Part shown: positions 12,411-24,800 of the stretch, in pieces | Layout of the letters: each line of letters begins with the position of its first letter | Position numbering within the stretch: the first letter of the stretch is position 1 | Source: Macrostomum lignano | Lineage: Eukaryota | Direction: 5' to 3' | Assembly (NCBI GenBank): GCA_002269645.1 | Contig: NIVC01001036.1 | Location: 62,001-126,000, forward strand | DNA: 64,000 bases | Program-made: the position numbers and the translations under genes | The notes under the pieces: generated by a model | Told to the model about the DNA's origin: nothing | The model's input: the letters and a program-made list of their open reading frames with translations, nothing else | The model's database searches: none

Positions 12411-15400
12411 CCGCCGGAGCCGAAGCCAGAGGAGCCGTTGAGGCCCGGGCTGGGGCCGCACAGGCTGGCGCTAAGCCGGCAGCCGGAGGCGCCCCCGGCC
12501 GCAGCGGCGCCCAGACCGGCCGAGTCGCGTTGCCGCCCGGTGTCCAGCGGCAGGTTGAACGAAGCGGACAGGCCAGCGTGGCGCGGGCCGGACCGGGCCC
12601 TGGCCGAGCCGTCCTCGGCGAATTTCACCAGCAGCGGGGCCGGCCACTCAGGTCCCTGGATTGGAGCAAAATGCAAACATGTATTATAAACAGTCAGTAC
12701 ACAGCTCCTCAGTACACAGACCCTCATACATGAACCCTCAGTACACAGCTCCTCAGTACACAGACCCTCATACATGAACCCTCAGTACACAGACCGTCAG
12801 TACACAAACCGTCAGTACACAGACCCTCAGTACACAGACCGTCAGTACACAGACCGTCAGTACATAGACCCTCAGTGCACAGACCCTCAGTACACAGACC
12901 CTCAGTGCACAGCCCCACAGTACACAGCCCCTCAGTACACAAACCTTCAGTACACAGACCCTCAGTGCACAGACCCTCAGTACACAGACCCTCATTACAC
13001 AGACCCTCAGTACACAGACCCTCAGTACACAGACCCTCAGTACATAGACCCTCAGTGCACAGACCCTCAGTACACAGACCCTCATTACACAGACCCTCAG
13101 TACACAGACCGTCAGTACACAGACCCTCAGTACATAGACCCTCAGTGCACAGACCCTCAGTACACAGACCCTCAGTACACAGACCATCAGTACACAGACC
13201 CTCAGTACACAGACCTTCAGTACACAGACCCTCAGTACACAGACCCTCAGTGCACAGACCCTCAGTACACAGACCCTCAGTACACAGACCCTCAGTACAC
13301 AGACCCTCAGTACACAGACCCTCAGTGCACAGACCCTCAGTACACAGACCCTCAGTGCACAGACCCTCAGTACACAGACCCTCAGTGCACAGACCCTCAG
13401 TGCACAGACCCTCATACATGAACCCTGTCTTATCTAATTCTACGAAAAACGTTTGCCAAATCAGTTAGGAAGTGACCTACAAAAGTGTTTTGATAGTCCT
13501 TCAACTATATTAGAATTCAACTTCGAATTGCCCGATCAAGGCCGGCTAGCGGCATGAAGTATTGCATTAGCAAGGCGGGGAATTTTCATTTTAAGCACCA
13601 AAATTGGCTATTACATCTTGTTTTTTGGACTTTTAAAAAGCATTTTGATCGGAAGTAATTACACAATTGAATATTGATCGAAAGATTTTCTAAGGTCAGC
13701 ATCCGATAGCTACGAACTTTATATATAGAAATAGACAATTAATTAAAGTACAGAGAAAACTTTTGAATCGAAGAATTTTCTATTCGAAGATAGGACAAGC
13801 TAGATAGCCTAGCTAAGTCTGCAGTAATATTATATAGAGTTTGTGAGTGCCCACAATTTTCCCACACTTTCATCACATGCTGTTACGAGTATTGCGCTGC
13901 AGTGAGATAAAAAATTGCAATTGTGAATGTCGTCAGTCAAAGCTTAGTATGCAGTACTTGTGCTCGAAGAGCGCACCCCCTGTCGCTGTCGCTATTCTCA
14001 GCACCCCAAGATGAACAATAGAATGTAATATAATGTACAAATAAGAAGCAAGCATATTATTACATCACGTAGGCAAAATTATACAGTAGAATATAATGAC
14101 GGAACTTTACAGATGATTTAATAACACTGGTTAATAGGAAGGCGAAACGCTTACACTAGTGGGGCTACACTACACCAGCTGATCAGCGTCCAGGCCAGCA
14201 AACAGGAGGGGGGAGGAGACAATTTCAAGCAATAATGACAGCCCCAGTAAAGTACAATGAGTCAGCCTTCTCTCTCTCTCGCACACACAGACACACTGAG
14301 AAGACAAGCTGAGTACAGTCGCATTAGTAAGAGGCGGCTATGGTGGGAAGTCTCACAATGGGTCTGCGCACTGATGAGTGGAACCGGCCTCCCCCCGTAT
14401 TTCTCCCGTAGGCATATAATAAAATAGCTAAGAGCTCCAACTGAGAGCAGAGAGCGAGCAAGACAGGGGAGCTCAGGGGGGGGGGGGGTGAGCAGAGAAC
14501 CGCGCTCTGAGCCCAGGTGAGAGGCTCATTTCAGGCATTAAAAAAAACCATCGAACCAAACACACACAGAGTTGGTGGGGTAGACTAGGCTTTGGCTACA
14601 AAAAACTGCGGTGGTCCGCGACCTACAGTAGGCTATTAATAGTGAAAATGTACGCTGAGATGACGCAAAGCAGCTGAGGTGATGAAGAGTACAGGGAGAC
14701 ACTCAATTTTTCTAAGAGCAGAACTTTGTTCTATTTATCACACATTATAAAATCTGACTCACATTTTTTGGGCCAGCATTCGCGTTTTTTCTTGCTTTAA
14801 TTAAACAGCAGTTATCAATCATATAATTCACATTTAAGGTGTTCAGATCTATGAGTTAGCAGGTACAGCCGGTTATAAGGCGAGATGGTCAGATAATACA
14901 TTGTAAAGCTTATGTGGATAATATGCGGATATAGATAGGTACTTTAATCTTTAAACCCTATATTCTTTTTAACGACCACAATTTATCAAGGCAATGCAGT
15001 AACAGCCCGAGATTCGATTGCAAGCCAGCAAACAACGGAAATGGCATGGCAATGGCGTATAGTTAAAGACATTATGGGCGACTAGCTAAAATTTAATGTT
15101 AGTGTAAGAGAATCTCTAGTCTGTTTATAAGCAGAAATTCAGGCAAGCAAACCACTATTGATATGAGGTGTGCAGCAAGCCTACCCTCTCAGATGTTCAG
15201 GTGTGCAGCATGCCTACCCTCTCAGATGTTCAGGTGTGCAGCAAGCCTATCCTCTCAGATGTTCAGGTGTGCAGCAAGCCTACCCTCTCAGATGTTCAGG
15301 TGTGCAGCAAGCCTACCCTCTCAGATGTTCAGGTGTGCAGCAAGCCTACCCTCTCAGATGTTCAGGTGTGCAGCAAGCCTACCCTCTCAGATGTTCAGGT

Positions 15401-17125
15401 GTGCAGCAAGCCTACCCTCTCAGATGTTCAGGTGTGCAGCAAGCCTACCCTCTCAGATGTTCAGGTGTGCAGCAAGCCTACCCTCTCAGATGTTCAGGTG
15501 TGCAGCAAGCCTACCCTCTCAGATGTTCAGGTGTGCAGCAAGCCTACCCTCTCAGATGTTCAGGTGTGCAGCAAGCCTACCCTCTCAGATGTTCAGGTGT
15601 GCAGCATGCCTATCCACTCAGGTGTTCAGGTGTGCAGCATGCCTATCCACTCAGGTGTTCAGGTGTGCAGCATGCCTATCCACTCAGGTGTTCAGATGAG
15701 ACACAGCTACCCTCTCAGATCTTCAGGTGAGACACAGCTACCCTCTCAGATCTTCAGGTGAGACACAGCTACCATCTCAGATGTTCAGGTGAGACACAGC
15801 TACCATCTCAGATGTTCAGGTGGGACACAGCTACCCTCTCAGATGTTCAGGTGAGACACAGCTACCCTCTCAGATGTTCAGGTGAGACACAGCTACCATC
15901 TCAGATGTTCAGGTGAGACACAGCTACCATCTCAGATGTTCAGGTGGGACACAGCTACCATCTCAGATGTTCAGGTGAGACACAGCTACCATCTCAGATG
16001 TTCAGGTGGGACACAGCTACCATCTCAGATGTTCAGGTGGGACACAGCTACCCTCTCAGATCTTCAGGTGAGACACAGCTACCATCTCAGATGTTCAGGT
16101 GAGACACAGCTACCCTCTCAGATGTTCAGGTGGGACACAGCTACCCTCTCAGATGTTCAGGTGAGACACAGCTACCATCTCAGATGTTCAGGTGGGACAC
16201 AGCTACCATCTCAGATGTTCAGGTGTGCAGCATGCCTACCCTCTCAGATGTTCAGGTGAGACACAGCTACCATCTCAGATGTTCAGGTGAGACACAGCTA
16301 CCCCCTCAGATGTTCAGGTGAGACACAGCTACCCTCTCAGATGTTCAGGTGAGACACAGCTACCATCTCAGATGTTCAGGCGGGTCCAACGTTACTCTCT
16401 TGGCACTCTAATCTCACCTGCAGCCCATTGGTGTTCATGATAGCCCGCTCAGCGTTGCTCTTATCGTCGAAGGTGACGAAGCCGACGCCCTTGGACAGAC
16501 CCGTGTTGGGGTCCGTCAGCACCCGGATCTGCACCAGCTTGCCAAACCGAGAGAACAGCGCGTTCAAATCGGCCTCAGTCCAGGTGCGCGGAATTCCTGA
16601 CACGTACAAATTGCCCGGATTGCGCAACGGTAGGGCACCACCGCCGCTGCCGCCACCGCCTCCGCCACTACCTCCGCCGCCGCCTCCGCTGTGCCGCTCA
16701 GCCCGCGGCATCTGCGGCAGAGGCAGCGGCGAGCCGTCGGGGCCAACGAAGCCGGCGCAGGAGCTGCTGCCGGTGGCGGCGTAGGCAACTCGCAGCTTCT
16801 TGTTGCCAAGCCGCATGCCGTGGAACTCGCCGATGGCCTTCTCGGCGTGCTCCGGGAACAGGAAGTCTACGAAGCCGTAGCAGAGCGAGGCGCCAGTCTG
16901 CTTGTCGCGCACCACTTTGTGAGTACGAATTGGGCCGACCTTTTCGAATAGGGCGCGCAGATCCTCAGTGTCGAATGTCTGTGGCAGATAATTGATGATT
17001 AGGTTAGTGCGGCTGCGGTCCTCGTGGGACTGCTGCTGCTGCTGATGCTCCTGCTGTGGCTGGCCAGCGCCTCTGCCCAGCTGGGCCTCCAGCATGCCAC
17101 TTGGCGCCGATTCCTGCTGCAACAT
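12411..17125 (-). CDS. Sxl/ELAV(Hu)-family RNA-binding protein with two RRMs. Exons 17125-16418 and 12655-12411 (or stop at 12407).
   Basis: RRM1 reads RTNLIINYLPQ...RDKQTGASLCYGFVDF...KKLRVAYA. RRM2 reads NLYVSGIPRT...GLSKGVGFVTF...AERAIMNTNGLQ and is completed by exon 2, GPEWPAPLLVKFAED. The phase-0 intron is CAG|GTGAGA ... TCCAG|GGA. The start could be ATG 17125 or ATG 17095. Confidence 0.92.
12694..13420. repeat. Minisatellite, 15-bp unit (cagtacacagaccct), ~48 copies
   Basis: Direct tandem repeat ~40 nt from the exon-2 acceptor. It is the source of the 5-aa periodic ORFs. Confidence 0.97.
15160..16380. repeat. Two-zone minisatellite: 33-bp unit (gatgttcaggtgtgcagcaagcctaccctctca), then 31-bp unit (gatgttcaggtgagacacagctaccctctca)
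   Basis: Direct tandem repeat in RRM intron 1, ending 37 nt from the donor. Confidence 0.97.
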
Positions 17126-19961
17126 TTTCAAATAGTTATTATTGAACTTATTGCAGCAACTTACTATAACTTGAGACAGATGTTTTAATATTTTTTTTCT
17201 GGCTTGCTATATGAATAGGTGCATCCATAGCCATGATAGCTATGATAAAGAAAAAGAAGAAATAGAGGTCAAATAAGATCTTAATATCAGGCGTCAGGAT
17301 CAATATTTGAGAATTAGACTTTTTTCTTATCTTAGTTTGAAAAAGTGCCAAGATAAGAGATTCTTTCTTTTTAGATTGGTAGAATTGCTTGGCTATAAAA
17401 GTTTGTAAAATTTTATACAAAACAAATAGTCTTAAATCTAAAAAAATTCAATCTAATCTTGCATTTTGTTGCCAAATAAAATCTTGAAAATTCCAGAAAG
17501 TCAATATTTTAAAAACCTATTTGCTATTGTTGCTAAGCTTCTAAATGAAATAATTTAATGTGTCTTATAATCATAAAAAATCCAAAGTTTATATAATAAA
17601 GAGACAAATAAATGCTTTAAACTATTTTATTTTAAAAATAACTATATAGATTCAACCTTGTCATATTTGTTTTAATAACAAAGCACTTATATAGCTGTTT
17701 AGCAAATTATTATTTGAAAAAATAGAAAACTTTAAAAATTTACAACTTTGTATAAAAGAGAATGAAATATGAAAAATAAAGGAAATGATATCATGATATA
17801 CTATAAACATTTACTGGTGCTATAATATTTTAGATAAATTATAAGCAACTTAGACAATACTTGATACAATGAATTATTGATTTCCTTGATTTTATTTAAA
17901 CCAAAATTCTAAAAAATTAATAAATAATTTGGTAGACTAATTTAGACTACATAAATTAGTTTTTTAATTCTTTTCAAAAACAAATGTTCAAATTTATTTC
18001 ATTATTCAAATCAATTGCTAGTTGATCTTGGTTTCCAATATAAAAGTAAATAAACATATATGATATAGATAAACATAAATTTCATTTAAGCTACATAATC
18101 TATATAACTAAATCTGAATATAATAAATATTAAAATGAAAGACAGTTTGTTACAAACTTCTATGAAAAATACACATCACATCACTGCAATATACTTTATT
18201 TGATAAAACGAAGCGCAATATCGTTGGTAAATTTGCTAGTTTTGATAATAACCGGACTAAAACCTTTTTAGAAAATTAGTTTCTTTATATTTTATTAACA
18301 CTAACTTGGATCTAGTACTGTAGTACATTTAGAGGTCGATGACTCGTTTTTAGCGCTTCACAAATATTCGTTGGAATCAACTAAAAATGTTTCTGTTTTT
18401 TTTATTTTATTCATAAAATAGGTCATAAGTGTGTTAAACTTTAGCTGTCAAAATTTGCTTTGCCTTATTACTTTGAAAGTACAAATGCGAAGTTTAAAGC
18501 GGAAAAAAGTGTAGTTCGTAGAAAGCGCGATATCTTTATTTACTTCTTATTTGTATTTCCTACCACTACTAATTACAACAAATTGTTTAAAAAACACATT
18601 TGATAAAGCAGATTTTTTTACTAAAAAGCTAAATATCTTTGCAAGAACAAAAATACTTTTAATAGCTGTTTCAAATATAGCCCATGCATTCTGCCATTGA
18701 CGCGCTATGTTTCAAATGTATGCTATCAAAACTCATGAAGTCCTACATGTATGTACACAGAGTTTGTTTAGTCTCCTAGGCAAGGACGGATTAAGTGGGT
18801 CAGAAGCCAAGTTTCTCAGAATATTTAGCTGCAGCTGGGAGTGGTTTTGCGCAAAGAACACAATTAGGATTAAGACTTTATTTTGAGCAAAAACCCATTT
18901 TAAAAAGCGTGTGGAATGCTCATCTTTAGTAAAAAAAATTTCATTTTTGTAAATTAGATTCCCTGTTGTAGATAAAATTTTGTACCCTACACCCCAAAAG
19001 ATTTATATATTTAGTTGCATATAATATGCTTCAATAAAATTTTCTCCTATCCCGCGGGGTACACGTGCACTGTACATGCAGTGTACGTCATGATCGCATC
19101 AAAAAATTTACTCGTAATTTAAACGAAATTTCGGCGGGTTCTATTTCAGTCGTCCTTGGACCTTGGTATGCATAATACTTGCTCAATGGCCTGCTGTAAA
19201 ACTACCAAGGATCGCTAGAAATTACCGTTATATCAGGACGTAACACTACTATACGTACTACAACTGATACAATTACATGTAACGCGGTACTTCTAGTGGT
19301 TCTTGAAAACTACGTGTATGAATTAATGCTATACTAAAGTGCGTATATATTACATCGTCTCTTTGGGTGTATAATCATGCTTTATTTTTGTATGCTTTTA
19401 TTCATTATACACGTACACGTACACTCATAGATAGCTCTTAAACCATGAAAAATTAATTATAAAGGTATGTCCTACCACATATATAGTACATGATGTACCT
19501 TTTGAACTGGATATAATAAAATAAAAGAAAACGGAGGCTAAAAGATCGATGGTTAAAAAACAACCATCTTCTAATAAATCTAAATATATATAAGCAGAAG
19601 ATTGTATACATACGCGTGCAACTCTTTTAAGAGTCGTCGCTTAATGGAAAGGAATAGAGTGGGAGGATAGGTATCAGGTTCAAGTACACTGACCGGTCCA
19701 GTAGTGAAAAAGAGAGAATTGGAATAGGATTAGTAATGCAAGTTCCAGCCAACACGATGGGGCGGACGGACGAAAAGATGCAGGCCGGCAGTACACACAA
19801 CAGCTGACAATGGGGAGAGAAATCCGGCCGACTCCGCATCGTACCGCTCTCCGATGGGCATAAAAATGAAGAGTCGTCATTGATTTTGCAGCAACATTAT
19901 ACATCAGCACTCGTCGCAAATCAATAGAGCCTATAGAGCGCCTGCGGCCCCCCAATACAGA

Positions 19962-21169
19962 ATGTCAAACAGAGGCAAAAGTGGCAACAAAAACACGGCC
20001 TTCGAGGTGAGCCTGAACGAAGGTAACATCACGCCGCGGAGCGGCAAGCCAAGACATTTGGACCGGCGCCTAGAAGATCGACCATCGACCCCGGACGTTA
20101 TCGACAAGAGGCAGCGAGAGGCTGAGGAGCGACGCAAGGTAGGAGCCTAGGAGGGCCCTTTTGGGGGCCAGCGTACCCCACCATGTTTTGAAAGAAACTT
20201 CCTCAATACCGTCGAGTCGATTTAATCAGCAATATTTTTAGGACGATCAGATTTTCTGCATAAAAGCTGAATTTGCCTTGATGAGCATTCTATTAGTTAG
20301 AGGTACGAGTATATCAAGGTTTAAAGCAACTTGAATGACATCAGGTTGAGGGGGCCTTAGCCCAGTGGTCCAGCGCGGCGCTCTGATGTATTCTACCAAT
20401 GGAGCACGCTCGATTCCAAGTGCAGTCACATTCATTTGGGGCTAAATTTGAATTTCGGCTTGGCTCTGCTCGTTTACGCCCTTGAAATTAACACCCTTGA
20501 AATCCAAACCCAAGAAGTGTACATGCATAACGATAAATAAAGTTAGGGCCTGTGTGAGTGTGTACCTGTGCGTATGACTGCGTACGTATCCGCGCACTTG
20601 TGTGCCTGCTCAGGTGAGTCGGCGGAATGGGCAGCAATGCCTCTCGCCGGTTGTGTGACAATGCTGTTTAAAGTGCGCCAGGGTGCACACAACCCCTGTG
20701 ACTTCTCAAAAATCAGATTGAAAGAACTTTCAGGAACTAAAGTGTCTAACACTGACTATTTTTGAAAATTATCCTGTTAAAAATTATGAATTAAGGGTTG
20801 GCAAACTCCGGCTCACCGCCTGCGAAGCCTCTCTACCCGCCTCTCGGGTCCTTTGAGACTTCACAAATAGCAATCCGGCCCACTCAAGATTTGTCTCTTC
20901 TCAGCTCTCTTTTCCTCTCTTCTCCATTTCCTTTATCACCTATCTGCACTCTCCCCTCTCTCCGCTAGATTCCATACCTGACCCTTGGGTTAAAACAGTT
21001 TGCCGAGCCCCGATCTAAATCATCACAAACGCACCGATCGCGCAATACACACTCGCAGAAAAAGGAAGAAGAGATGCTGCGACGCGTTGCCCAACACAAT
21101 GTCAAGGTGGAGAAAATGGCCAAAGAGGCTGAGCAGCGGCGTCGAGCCTACGGACACAAAGCTAATTGA
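19962..21169 (+). CDS. Stathmin-like tubulin-sequestering protein, 95 aa. Exons 19962-20138 and 21059-21169.
   Basis: MSNRGKSGNKNTAFEVSL...TPRS...IDKRQREAEERRK|KKEEEMLRRVAQHNVKVEKMAKEAEQRRRAYGHKAN* carries the stathmin AFE(L/V)xL and EAEERRK motifs. The phase-0 intron is AAG|GTAGGA ... CGCAG|AAA. Confidence 0.8.
20350..20712 (+). mobile_element. tRNA-derived SINE, family B, copy 1 (in the stathmin intron)
   Basis: A box tagcccagtggtc and B box-like gctcgattcc. The body (taacgataaataaagttagggcc...gcagcaatgcctctcgccggttgtg) is shared with 23043-23403 and 60052-60333. Confidence 0.85.
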
Positions 21170-21847
21170 TTACTCAATGCAGAACTAGAAGGATTATGAT
21201 GATCAACGAATACTAATTTGCTTACAGCTTCTTATACGATCTATAAGTGCTCAGAGGAAGAGCTCAAAGCTAATAGTTGCACTTTGCACTTATTAGTAAC
21301 TAAAAAGCAAACTAATTGTGCAAAATAATAGACACCTGATCCGATTGTAGTTTTTGATGCTTAGATTAACATTAGATATAAAAGTACATGTAATACACCT
21401 CACAGCCTAGTCTATAAGACAGATAAAACACTACACAGTTATATACGACCATGTTATTATCCGGGACTGTTTAACCAGAAATAAACTGTCAGAAAATATT
21501 TTCAAGCTTGATTTATTATGAATTATTTTTATTAACAAAAACAATTTCACACCGTTACTTTCCGACTATTGCATTTTAATGCTATTGAATTGCCAGTAAA
21601 CAGGTACAAACCGATACCAAGGACCACTAGAAGTTACCGTTGACTTCCTACTTTAGCACTAAATTATCTATACTAGTATAACTCACCTGTCTTACCTGGT
21701 ATCTGTTCGATTAGAGGTTCGAATGACAAGTTATTCGAATTAGAATATTAAATATGATTTTTCTTAAAACTTTAGATTAGCTATACAGAACGCCAGTGTA
21801 AAGTCCTGACGATACAAAATAACTTTTAGTAGTCCTTAACTATTAAA

Positions 21848-24800
21848 TTAATCATCAAGCTTCAAAGCTTTCTGTCTGGCCTGCTTCAGTCGCAGGCGTT
21901 CAAACCGGGCATTAGTGTGGGATTTGAACAGCGGATTAGCTTTCAGCCAGGATTCGTAAGCGGAGCGGAACAGCTGATATTCTTTGGGATCGACGGGGCG
22001 GCCACCGCAGGCCGAGCTGACCTCGGCGACGGCCAAGGAGGACGCAGAGGAGGCCGCTGCTGCGGGCAGGCGGTCGCGGCACCTGGCCACTTCGGCCTCC
22101 AACAGGCGGACAACAGCCGGACTAGGCGGCACATCAAAGCCGGTCATCCGCCTCACCAGCCAGATTCTATAGGCCAAATCGTAGGGCTGGGCGGCGCTTA
22201 GCATAGCGTGAAACACGGCCTGGTCAGGCTGGGCCGCGTCGCGCGCCATGTCCGCCAGGAGGCGCTCGGCGGCCTCCTTGGAGCGGCAGGCGCCGCCCAG
22301 AGCCACGTAGGTGTCCCGGTCCGGCCGCAGGCCATTCGACCGCATCTCGTCCAAAGTGTCCGAGCAGTCCAGCCGGTTCCGAACCCGATAGCGGAGCAGG
22401 GCATTGTACAGGTTGGCCCCGCCGCCGGGAGTCGATGCCCGGTGGAAGCCGCGGCTCCGGCAGAGCCGCATCAGCGTCCGCTCAGCTTCCGGTATTGGCG
22501 GAAGCATCTCCATCAGTTCGAAAGCGATCGCCGGAGTTGGCTCGGCGCCGTCGGCTCGCATTGACTCGAGTAGGCCAGCTAAGCCGCCAATTAGAGTAAG
22601 GCGTTGCCATGGCAACCTGAGCGCATCAGGCGAGTCTGGCAGGCTCGGCAGCGGCTGACGCGGCCGGAGGAGGCTGAGCGGGCAGCTCAAAGCCAGAGCG
22701 GCTGGTGGCTGAGCCGGCAGTGAGAAGTCCAGCTCTGACTGCGGCAGTTCAGCAGCCGACTCAGCTACCGGCTGCCTCATCACTGTCAGATTCTGGGCGT
22801 CCAGCTCAGCCGACCAGCCGTCCTGCAGTCGCTGCATCGCGGCGCCAGCGCCGGAGCCTTTGACGTCACCAGATTGGCCGTCGCCGAGTCGATTGGAGCC
22901 GGACCGCATGAAAGCCCGGGCTGGCGGCCCGGCCGCCGCTTCCGCCGCTGCCATGAGGCTCGGCTGACCGATGCCGCAGGCTCGAAGGCACCTGAGATGG
23001 GGATTTGGTAGAGTTGCATCTGTGTTGCATCGTCTACTAAAATAGCCCAGCGGTCTAGCGCAGGCTCTGGTGTGCTAGCGGCCTAGGCTCGATTCCAAGT
23101 GCAGTCGCATTAATTTGGGGCTAAATTGGAATTTCTGCTTGGCTCTGCTCGTGCAATTAACGGCCGTGAGGGGCTAACCCCTAAGACACAGTGAAGTGTA
23201 CATGCCTAACGATAAATAAAGTTAGGGCCGCTGTACACTCCTGTGTGAGTGTGTGCCTGTGCGTGTGACTGCGTACGTATCCGCGCGCTTGTGTGCCTGC
23301 TCAGGGGAGTCGGCGGAATGGGCAGCAATGCCTCTCGCCGGTTGTGTGACAATGTCGCTTAAAGTGCGCCAGGGTTGCACACAGCCTCTGTGACTTATAA
23401 AAAGAGAACAATAGATTTCTGCGACAGTTATTGGAAGACCTTTCCAGTTAGAAGTTAGACCAACCTGAGCAGCCGATGATAGTGATGGGCCGACAAGCGA
23501 CCACCGAATGCCAGACGGAATCGGCGCCAAACAAGCAGTGCGATGGCGCTGCCGGATGTTTTGTCGGCGAAGGCCGCCTGCAGCAGCGCGTTTAGCATTG
23601 TAGGCAGCGGGTGCTGCTGTCCAACGGATACGGAATCGTCGAATATCTGCAGTAGTTGTTGCACAGTTAGTTTCAGTGAGATTTAAATAGAAATTTGCAA
23701 ACATCACTTAGAAGCAATGTTTTTCTATTGTGGCCACTAATAATAAGACTTGGGAGAGGAGCGGCATCTACTGAGGGAGAAGGGTAAGGGGAAGGGCCAC
23801 CGTAGCAACAGCGGCACCCACAGCAGGACAGTGAGGGAGCAGCGGCAACCAATGCTGCAGGACACTGAGGGAGCAGCGGCAACCAAAACTGCAGGACACC
23901 GAGGAAGAGGAAGCAGCGGTAACCAATGCTGCAGGACACTGGGGGAGCAGAGGCAACCACTGCAGGACACTGAGGGAGCAGAGGCAACCACTGCAGGACA
24001 CTGAGGGAGCAGAGGCAACCACTGCAGGACACTGAGGGAGCAGCGGCAACCAATGCTGCAGGACACTGAGGGAGCAGCGGCAACCAATGCTGCAGGAAAC
24101 TGAGGGAGCAACGGCAACCAATGCTGCAGGACACTGAGGGAGCAGCGGCAACCAATGCTGCAGGAAACTGAGGGAGCAACGGCAACCAATGCTGCAGGAC
24201 ACTGAGGGAGCAGCGGCAACCAATGCTGCAGGACACTGAGGGAGAAGAGGCATCCCATAAAAACAATGAAGTAAGACAAACCTTAAGCGCCTCCTGCACT
24301 AGTCCATTCTTGGCGCAGGCTAGCACAGCAAAATAGTACACGTATCTGTGCTGCTCCCCTCCGCCCCCAGCCTGCTTGGAGTCTTCGCAGAGCGCGTGAT
24401 AATAGCGACAGGCCAGCTCGCCCGCCACCCGGTCCGGAGTGCCGTCATAGTAAGAGGCCTTAGCCAGAGAGTGCAGATAGTGACAATGGGTCGCATAGTT
24501 GGGCTCCACACCGGCTGAGCGACACCTGAATTGAATTATGATTCCATAATAAATCTTTATTAGTCTGGATTAAACTCTCAAAGTCTCTAAACATTTGCTC
24601 GATTCAATCTCGATTGTAACAGCCATTCAGTCAGTTCAGTCACCTAGGCTAAGAAGCATCCCAGAATATCAATGGCATCGCCGCAGGTAACACGTACAGG
24701 TAAAATAGGAAAGAGGTGATTCCAGACGACTCTAAAATGATGAGATGTCACGGTAAAAGTCGCCAGAAAGTCGTTAAAGAGTCACCTAAGAGTCACTTTG

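Noticed and set aside
17148-17420. Ankyrin-like fragment (DAPIHIASQKKNIK) in AT-rich DNA
   Set aside because: A single short motif in low-complexity sequence with no continuing frame.
19055-19090. Palindromic gtacacgtgcactgtacatgcagtgtac between the divergent RRM and stathmin genes
   Set aside because: Short imperfect hairpin. There is no evidence of function beyond its position.
23673-24509. 278-aa ORF as a stand-alone gene
   Set aside because: Only 24525-24282 is coding (PTCD1 exon 2). The rest is read-through into an intronic minisatellite.
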